Shown here: in pieces, positions 57,699-64,000 of the stretch
How positions within the stretch are numbered: the stretch's first letter is position 1
Layout of the letters: each line of letters opens with the position of its first letter
Virus record (IMG/VR): IMGVR_UViG_3300032173_000003
Coordinates: 1-64,000 of that record
Strand: one strand, 5' to 3'
Origin: a virus
DNA length: 64,000 nt
Translations under genes and position numbers: made by a program
The notes under the pieces: model-generated
Databases searched by the model: none
Seen by the model: the letters and a program-made list of their open reading frames with translations, nothing else
What the model was told of the DNA's origin: nothing

Positions 57699-58409
57699 TT
57701 AAGCCCTTGGGGCGACTGGCTTTTTCAGGTTTTCGCAATTTTCAGAATTACTGAAATTTGATGAAACTTGAAATTCAGTGTCGGTTTTAGGGCACACTCT
57801 CACAACCTCCACTGGCTGTGACACCATCCTACGAGCATAGCTATGGGCGTAGGAAGTCCTAGCTCCCTTTACCCCCCAGCCAAGCCAGCTATAGGAATAG
57901 TTCATGTAGCGATCAATGGATTTACCCGGTGTTTTCAGTAAGCCTTCGATCCGCTTCCACTGAGGCTCTGTAACAATGTAGCTTAGTTGAGCTTCAAGAG
58001 TGGAAGGGTCCTTTTTAATCGACCTAGCATGATACCCCAGGCCGTTATAGCGGTCAGAGGAAGTGAACTGAATTAGACCGTATCCGCCACGACGGCAACC
58101 GGAATAACTTGTCCGAGCGCCACCTTCGCAGATGTTAGGTACGAAAGTTGACTCTTGTTTAATATTGCCCATAACTGTGGCAATAGCATTTTTGTCTTTG
58201 ATTCCCCTCTCTTGAAGGAAAGCCAAAGTACGATTCTCGTTTTCATTACAACCTTTGCAAATGAAGCGTGAGTCTTTAGTTGGTTCTGGAACAATCTCTA
58301 GGATCGCGACTTGCTCAGGTTTGTTGCTACCGGAAGCAAGAGGTTGGGTCGAAGCGGTTGCAGCAGCCCCAAGTAGGGAAACAGCCACAAGTGTAGTAAG
58401 GCTAAGCAT
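57699..58409 (-). CDS. phage tail-lysozyme-like muramidase with signal peptide
   Basis: ATVMGNIKQES.F.P, GGYGLIQFT, LEAQL. Confidence 0.8.
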   Translation of the reverse strand: MLSLTTLVAVSLLGAAATASTQPLASGSNKPEQVAILEIVPEPTKDSRFICKGCNENENRTLAFLQERGIKDKNAIATVMGNIKQESTFVPNICEGGARTSYSGCRRGGYGLIQFTSSDRYNGLGYHARSIKKDPSTLEAQLSYIVTEPQWKRIEGLLKTPGKSIDRYMNYSYSWLGWGVKGARTSYAHSYARRMVSQPVEVVRVCPKTDTEFQVSSNFSNSENCENLKKPVAPRA

Positions 58410-58862
58410 TTAGTTAAGTAGAAATCGACATCCGTATAGAGAGCGGTCACTCACCTGTTTCAAGGTGCATTTCTCCACGGCACATTTATTTAAGAGCACA
58501 ATATTAGGCTCCGAGAATCCTTCTGCTTAGCAGAAGCCCCCTCATAAAGGGTGTCTTACCTTCGGAAAGGTGGACCGAACTCGCCCTTATTATAGCACGT
58601 TAGAGTCGGTTGTAAATCCAGAATCAATGGGGATGCCTTTACCAAACTATCAACTACCCTTATCACTTAAGGTTGTCATCGATGTTGTTAAGCCAAAGCC
58701 AGTCCTCTGGCTTTTTAGCCATGACTGCCTGGCTCTCAAAAAGCTGGCCAATCATGTCCCTTTCTTCTCCTTTGGCCAGGTGGTAGAGTTTGCGGGCCGC
58801 CAAGCACCGCTTCCTGCTAAACTCATTGGTTCTAAGGATTTCTGAAGCCTTGTCGAATAGTT

Positions 58863-60170
58863 TCATTTCATGCCCTCGTTAGTTCCGGCATTAGGTAATG
58901 CTTTGTCCACTGTCTCTTTTACCCAGTTGTACAAAGGTTCATCGTGGTCTCTTAAGGCTTTAGGGTTGAATGTGTAGGCCACATATGCCTCAGCAAAGGT
59001 TTCAAGTTTAGACTCATGGGCATAGCGGGTTATCCCTGGTGCTAAACCTCTTGTCACGGACGGGCTGTTTTTCGGAGGATCTGACACACCACCCCTGAAC
59101 TGGATTTGATGACCTACCTCGTGTACGTAGTTCATCAGTATCCTGTCATTTCCCCTCTCCCCTCTTTTCCCGGAGAAGGTAAAGGTATCTTTATCTAGAG
59201 TGGCAATGTCAGTAGATTCATTCGCTTTACCCCGCATATCGATCACGCTGGCCACTCTAGATTGAAGTCTGGCTGAGTCTATCTTCTGAGATCTTGAGTA
59301 AGGAGTATCCCTATCCACTTTATTGTCGGCCATAAGAATTAATCGGCCCCCAGGGTTTGTACTCGCTCCAGACCCCGGACTTACAGCCACTACGTCTGCA
59401 AAAACTCTAAGCATGGAAGATATCTTAGTGGCTGCATTCAGCCTTTTCCTCTCCAGGGATTCTAAAGAATACTCTTGGTCTTCTGTCTTCCACCCCCTCT
59501 TCTGCCTCATTTTTATGTTTTTTATGAGCTTTAGTTGTTCGAGCTTATACTCTCTGTTATGCTCTTTCCAGGACCTAATTCCACCTTTCACCTCCTCCAT
59601 TGCCTTTGAGAAACTATTTGACCAGGATGTATATATTCCGAGAGTTTTGCCCCAAGTTACAAAGTCTATGGACTTGTCCAACATCTCCAGGTACCTACTT
59701 GACTGAACCCACCTAGGAATCCCCCCACCTTTAAAAGGTGCGTCATTACTGTTTGTACTCACGAATAAAACTTGTTTGTCATCTACAACAAACTTCCTCA
59801 ACTTGTCGATGTTTTCTCTGGCCTCCCCAGTTAGGCCCTCAGCCGCTTGGTTCACCATGTTAGCTAAATCCTTACCTGTAAAACTCCTGCCGGGGACCTG
59901 AAAAGAATTTTCCTCTAAATGTTTAGAGAAGTTAGTAGATAGCTTATCACCTTTGATACTCTTTCTAGAAGACACCATGATAGATGTTTTCTTTAAGGCA
60001 GATGACACGGGGTCAGCCAGCTCTACAGCACATATTTCATGTCTGGCAATGCAGGTAGCTCCGCACGACTTCCCTATCTTACACTTTTTCTTTACCCCTC
60101 GCAAAGAAGATAATCTTTTGGCCTGGGCTCGCTTAGCCTTCTTAATCCTTCGTCTTAGGTCACCATTCAT
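58863..60170 (-). CDS. putative zincin metallopeptidase with N-terminal Cys motif
   Basis: CKIGKSCGATCI...C; HEVGH ... ETFAEAY. Confidence 0.65.
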   Translation of the reverse strand: MNGDLRRRIKKAKRAQAKRLSSLRGVKKKCKIGKSCGATCIARHEICAVELADPVSSALKKTSIMVSSRKSIKGDKLSTNFSKHLEENSFQVPGRSFTGKDLANMVNQAAEGLTGEARENIDKLRKFVVDDKQVLFVSTNSNDAPFKGGGIPRWVQSSRYLEMLDKSIDFVTWGKTLGIYTSWSNSFSKAMEEVKGGIRSWKEHNREYKLEQLKLIKNIKMRQKRGWKTEDQEYSLESLERKRLNAATKISSMLRVFADVVAVSPGSGASTNPGGRLILMADNKVDRDTPYSRSQKIDSARLQSRVASVIDMRGKANESTDIATLDKDTFTFSGKRGERGNDRILMNYVHEVGHQIQFRGGVSDPPKNSPSVTRGLAPGITRYAHESKLETFAEAYVAYTFNPKALRDHDEPLYNWVKETVDKALPNAGTNEGMK

Positions 60171-60430
60171 TGTGCATCGCCCACGGGGGCACAGGATGTA
60201 GTAAAGATTATTACCCCCATCAAAAGGTAGGTTCGTGTTTCCAGCATAGGGCTGGATGATCTTTGCAATATTTCCTGAATGCGTCTTTTACGGCCTGCCA
60301 CTCTTCCTTATTTGCAGGTCTACCTAAAGCAGCAGCAGCCTGAGGTATATTCCACTTTGCTGTGAATAGTTTCCCCATAACTTCTCCGTAACTGCTATCT
60401 GGCATGGTGCCGATGTAACCAAAACCAGTC

Positions 60431-60802
60431 TTACCCAAAAAGACTTACGAGGCGGCGGATGAATGTGAACAAACCCCAAGCAGGCTCGCACTTCCACAGG
60501 GGCAAGTGGGAGAGTAGAAAGCGCTTCCCCTCCGGAACCACACAAGCGAGGGCACTAGGGTTATAGCCGTAGTAGTCAGGGTCGTGGAACTCTTCTGCGT
60601 GGACTCCGTGAGCCTTGAGCATACTGTACAGGTGCAGAAGTTCGGCCCTGTCCTCCACAGTAATCCAAACGAAGTTGACATTCGGGTCTAGTGGCCCTTC
60701 GTTAGTATTAAACCAGTGGCAGTATTTGACTTGGGCGTGTGCCCCCTGAATAGCTTGTTGGTGTACAGGGAGGTCCCTGCGAGAGATTGCGTAGAAGTAC
60801 AT
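60431..60802 (-). CDS. peptidyl-tRNA hydrolase, PTH2-like
   Basis: YAISRRDL...QAIQGAHA, F.DPD, SALA, LSHLPL. Confidence 0.7.
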   Translation of the reverse strand: MYFYAISRRDLPVHQQAIQGAHAQVKYCHWFNTNEGPLDPNVNFVWITVEDRAELLHLYSMLKAHGVHAEEFHDPDYYGYNPSALACVVPEGKRFLLSHLPLWKCEPAWGLFTFIRRLVSLFG

Positions 60803-60824
60803 TTTTTGTATAGGCTAGGTGGGA

Positions 60825-61175
60825 TTAAATACGGTTCAATCTTGTGGCAACCTCTGAAGCATCATTTGCAGCATCATCGACCTTTTGCCTTAACTCGATT
60901 ATAATGTTTGCAATGTTGTTATAAATTGCCCTTTCACTGCGGCTCAGGCCATCCCAACACCCCTCACATTCACCACCCTCTGTGACTTCTGACCCGTTGA
61001 AAATTTCCCTGAGGACTTGGTGGGTGTTCCAATTTTTTAAGTGGTCATAGTAGTCTTCTGGTTTTTTGAAATCAAGCCAAGACAAGCACTCGTAGTCAAG
61101 GGGTCCAAACTCTGAAGAAAGTTTCTTAAGTTTTGTCTTGCCAGAAGGTTTTAGTAGTTTAGGGTCGATTTCCAC
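60825..61175 (-). CDS. hypothetical protein
   Basis: 116-aa ORF. Confidence 0.55.
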   Translation of the reverse strand: MEIDPKLLKPSGKTKLKKLSSEFGPLDYECLSWLDFKKPEDYYDHLKNWNTHQVLREIFNGSEVTEGGECEGCWDGLSRSERAIYNNIANIIIELRQKVDDAANDASEVATRLNRI

Positions 61176-61201
61176 GGTTTACCATTGAGTCATAGACAGT
61201 T

Positions 61202-61223
61202 AAAGCAAAGGGGCCGAAGCCCC
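61202..61223 (-). terminator. terminator after the tmRNA coding piece
   Basis: GGGGC TTCG GCCCC TTTGCTTT. Confidence 0.75.
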
Positions 61224-61570
61224 CGTGCAATGAGTCAGAGTGCGGTTGCTCAAACGGCAACGGCAATCCTCTCGAATTTGACGATTTTGTTAGCGTCTAT
61301 TTTGTGCTTATGCAAGCGGCTTTCAGTGATTGGCTTGCTGTCGGTCGATTCCAGAGCGGACCCGTGGTGGAGAGGTGGGATTCTAACCCACATTAGACCT
61401 TTCCCCATGAGTAATAGTGAGGGAGAGCGGTCTAAGTTCTCTCAATGGATCCGAGGCGATTCGAACGCCTGTGTCGCTCAGTAGTTACAATCACCTACAC
61501 CCAGTTTATAGCCATATGGTAGGGCTTTACTTCACGGTTTGTAAGCTAACCAGGTACGATAGATTGGCCC
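61224..61570 (-). ncRNA. ssrA: circularly permuted (two-piece) tmRNA
   Basis: Acceptor piece ends AGGCG TTCGAAT CGCCT CGGATCC A (61446). Coding piece starts GGGTCCG..GAATCGAC (61363) with G3-U70 Ala identity. Tag ANKIVKFERIAVAV* at 61250..61294. Outer boundaries approximate. Confidence 0.9.
61365..61444 (-). ncRNA. D-armless tRNA-like RNA with encoded CCA inside the tmRNA intervening segment
   Basis: GAGAG/CTCTC acceptor-like stem, TTAGACC/GGTCTAA long arm, GTGGG TTAGAAT CCCAC T-arm, ends ACCA. Confidence 0.7.
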
Positions 61571-61835
61571 ATCATGCTGACGTCATCCAACCCATGGGAT
61601 GACCTTGTGAGTTGACCGTCTGGTACACTCGGTGACCTTTCCAGAGCAGTGCAGTTTTGTACTCGTCAGAGAAACGGCGCGGGTCTAGGATGTGGTTTTC
61701 GGCTCGTCGGACAGCACAGGCTGCCAGGTTGATTTTGCTGAAATCAGTCATTGGGTGATTGCCTATCAAAGGTGAGTCAGGGGGACCGGATGGCATCCCC
61801 CGTGCCCCACCATCATAGCACGTTGGGACCCGAAG

Positions 61836-62783
61836 TCAAACAAACTGGCCCGAATCAACCCACTCGGCCTTGACCATGGACCACCAGTCTGAGGTCAGAC
61901 CGGCAGTGACATACTGGTAAGGCAGCCAGCCGTAGCCTCCCTGGCCCCAAGAGGTGCCCCAGGAGTTCCGGATGAGTAAAGCACCCGTAGTTTGAGTTCC
62001 GCCCGTGTTCGTGTTGATGATTTTTTTGTTGTCATCGTACCCAACTACCAACATAGCGTGACCACCATCGAGGTAGTCGTTGCGGGTGGGGAACGGGAAG
62101 CACCCGCCATTGGTCTCTGCCTGAGCATAGGAGCTGTACACAGTGAAGCCAAACATTGCGGGCAGCCCTTTGAAGACATTGGTTTTAATCGCTGTCAGGA
62201 GAGCTGAGTTTGAAACTCCGGGTGTATCCAAGCGGTAGTAGGACAATGCTTGAAAATTCTGAGCAAATGAGTACAGAAACGCTGAGGGCTCATCATCAAA
62301 CTTTGAGGTGTCGTAAGGATAGAAGTTTTCAGGTGGTACTCCGAACAGCGTCAAAGCTCCCATCACATTACGCAGGTAGGCACCGGTATCTCCGGTAGTT
62401 TGCATAATGTTTCGGGTTACTTTGTACAGAAACAAGCGAGAACCATCAATGTGCTTGCCGAAGGACTTGCGCTCAAAGTATTCAAGCATACCTATGGCAG
62501 CGTGAGCTGTGCAGGAGCCAATGTCCCCTTGGTCCTCAATAGGGGAGCAAGAGGCTTTGAGGTCTACGGAAACAGGTAAAGCAAGTTTTGGAGTGGCGCC
62601 TGTAGTTGTCACAGCTCCCACCTTAAGCAGCATTGACCTGACCGAGGGCTGACCGGCTGCGGATAACCGGGAAGGCACAGTATCTGTCCCCGCCGTAACG
62701 TCCCTAAAATCTGGCAGATCTCGCATCCACCCAAAGGTCCTTTTTTCCATTTTTATTGTGAGGTTATTCGATTTTACCCGCAA
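61836..62783 (-). CDS. papain-like cysteine peptidase (C1)
   Basis: DQG.IGSCTAHA, SRLFLY, GGHAM, RNSWG; start probably MEKRTFGW. Confidence 0.92.
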   Translation of the reverse strand: MRVKSNNLTIKMEKRTFGWMRDLPDFRDVTAGTDTVPSRLSAAGQPSVRSMLLKVGAVTTTGATPKLALPVSVDLKASCSPIEDQGDIGSCTAHAAIGMLEYFERKSFGKHIDGSRLFLYKVTRNIMQTTGDTGAYLRNVMGALTLFGVPPENFYPYDTSKFDDEPSAFLYSFAQNFQALSYYRLDTPGVSNSALLTAIKTNVFKGLPAMFGFTVYSSYAQAETNGGCFPFPTRNDYLDGGHAMLVVGYDDNKKIINTNTGGTQTTGALLIRNSWGTSWGQGGYGWLPYQYVTAGLTSDWWSMVKAEWVDSGQFV

Positions 62784-62784
62784 A

Positions 62785-63324
62785 TCAGATGGCTTCGGTC
62801 AAAATGCGGCGACCATTGAATTTAGCGCGAGCGCCCTTGTTCTTGGTATCGATGGCCTTGACTTGAGCGATTGCATAGCCGCCATTTGTCTTGTGGAGCA
62901 GTAAATCACCTTTGGCAATCTTGCCAGGTTCACCAATGTAATGAAGTTCCTTTCCAGCCAGCTCAACGCTGAAGGTATAGGGCAAAACTTCCTCAAGATC
63001 CTTAGGGTCTTTGATGACGATTTCACCAGTTCCCTTAACTTCGACAATAAACTTGTTCTCGCTGTTGGTACCAATGTGGTTACCAAACACTGCTTTGCCG
63101 TCTTCGTCAGTGAATATATAAAGAGTTTTAGAATCCATGGATGTGTTCTCCGTTCCTTCGTAGTGAATTATAGATCGGGCTTGAGCCCATTTGTCGTTGT
63201 GTACATACTTCCCCCTATAAAGATCATAGTAAGTGGGACTACTAGGAATGTAAGTTAGGCGGAAAGGGTTCTTACCGCTGGGTGAAATTACGATATCACC
63301 GATTTCAAAGTGCTGTTGCTGCAT
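62785..63324 (-). CDS. hypothetical protein
   Basis: 179 aa; promoter at about 63344. Confidence 0.7.
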   Translation of the reverse strand: MQQQHFEIGDIVISPSGKNPFRLTYIPSSPTYYDLYRGKYVHNDKWAQARSIIHYEGTENTSMDSKTLYIFTDEDGKAVFGNHIGTNSENKFIVEVKGTGEIVIKDPKDLEEVLPYTFSVELAGKELHYIGEPGKIAKGDLLLHKTNGGYAIAQVKAIDTKNKGARAKFNGRRILTEAI

Positions 63325-63385
63325 TGTTTGTACCTCCTTGAGTAGTATAGCTTCTGCTTACGGCAAGTAAATGCTTAGCCAAGGT

Positions 63386-64000
63386 TCAAGCTCTCACGAG
63401 AGTGAGGTGACGCTTGGCACGGGTCACTTGGACGTAGCACAGGTTGTCTTCCTGGGTCATCTCCCAGGGCTTGCGAGCCCAGCGGCTGGGGCTGTAGGAC
63501 TCCATCCCGAGGGCAAATACCCGGTTCCATTCCCTGCCCTTAGCACGGTGGATTGTGGACAGGGTGAGAATGTCTTGCTTAGAGCCACTGTCACCGAACA
63601 GGGATTCAATATGCGCAATAAGGTCGGTTATCGGGGCCTTGTAGTCACATTGATCCATCAGAACTCGGATGGTTTCTGCTTGGTCTTCAATGGAATCGCA
63701 CCGGTCATTGTGACCTTTGGCCCGAGCTTTGGCGATTTCATGGTCACTCCACTCGGTAAGTTTTTCATCAAGTTCGGATATCTTGGTGAGTTTCCACTTA
63801 TTGATTAGTTTGATTAGGCCCTTGCCGATAGACCTTCCTTCGACCTTGCAAGCAACGCCGTTCTGGATCAGTTTGAAGGCCAGGTCAACTAAGGGTTTGG
63901 TTTTGCGGCACAAGATGGCATCCTCCGAGGTGAACTCAGAGTTTTTGATGAGGGTTTCGATATCGGAAGAATCGACGATGCCGTCAGGGGCAGTTTCAGC
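63386..64000 (-). CDS. UvrD/SF1 helicase, C-terminal part (5' truncated by the window edge)
   Basis: LSTIHRAKGREW, E.NL.YV.VTRAK. Confidence 0.88.
   Translation of the reverse strand, partial: AETAPDGIVDSSDIETLIKNSEFTSEDAILCRKTKPLVDLAFKLIQNGVACKVEGRSIGKGLIKLINKWKLTKISELDEKLTEWSDHEIAKARAKGHNDRCDSIEDQAETIRVLMDQCDYKAPITDLIAHIESLFGDSGSKQDILTLSTIHRAKGREWNRVFALGMESYSPSRWARKPWEMTQEDNLCYVQVTRAKRHLTLVRA

Noticed and set aside
58410-58590. c-di-AMP (ydaO) riboswitch before the cell-wall hydrolase
   Set aside because: The conserved ydaO blocks are not recognisable; kept only as an unassigned structured leader

Overview
A 64-kb segment of a large cyanophage genome; the pstS, Som-type porin, TIGR03792-like gene and tmRNA tag ANKIVKFERIAVAV point to a picocyanobacterial host. 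Essentially all real genes are on the minus strand. This is an accessory or host-takeover region with many small ORFs, many behind their own sigma70-like promoter. Recognisable functions: NAD+ salvage (NadM-NUDIX plus a split Nampt), DNA methyltransferases (one with a stop-interrupted mini-intein), and an RNA/translation repair suite (two RNA ligases, PNK-like kinase, HAD phosphatase, two metallophosphoesterases, macrodomain, PTH2-like hydrolase, two-piece tmRNA). Also present are four tRNAs, homing endonucleases, PstS, a porin, cell-wall hydrolases, a C1 peptidase and a partial UvrD-like helicase. The three most striking unexplained structures are: (1) an array of tRNA-like and hairpin ncRNAs sharing a stem+CAGC(A/T/C)A motif beside a Ro60/TROVE-vWA-like (DUF2828-type) gene, with a seventh motif copy in that gene's leader; (2) a CCA-ending tRNA mimic nested in the intervening segment of a permuted tmRNA; (3) two 161-bp elements with near-identical 25-bp terminal inverted repeats and positionally matched internal boxes. 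Family assignments come from motif recognition by eye; no database search was run.
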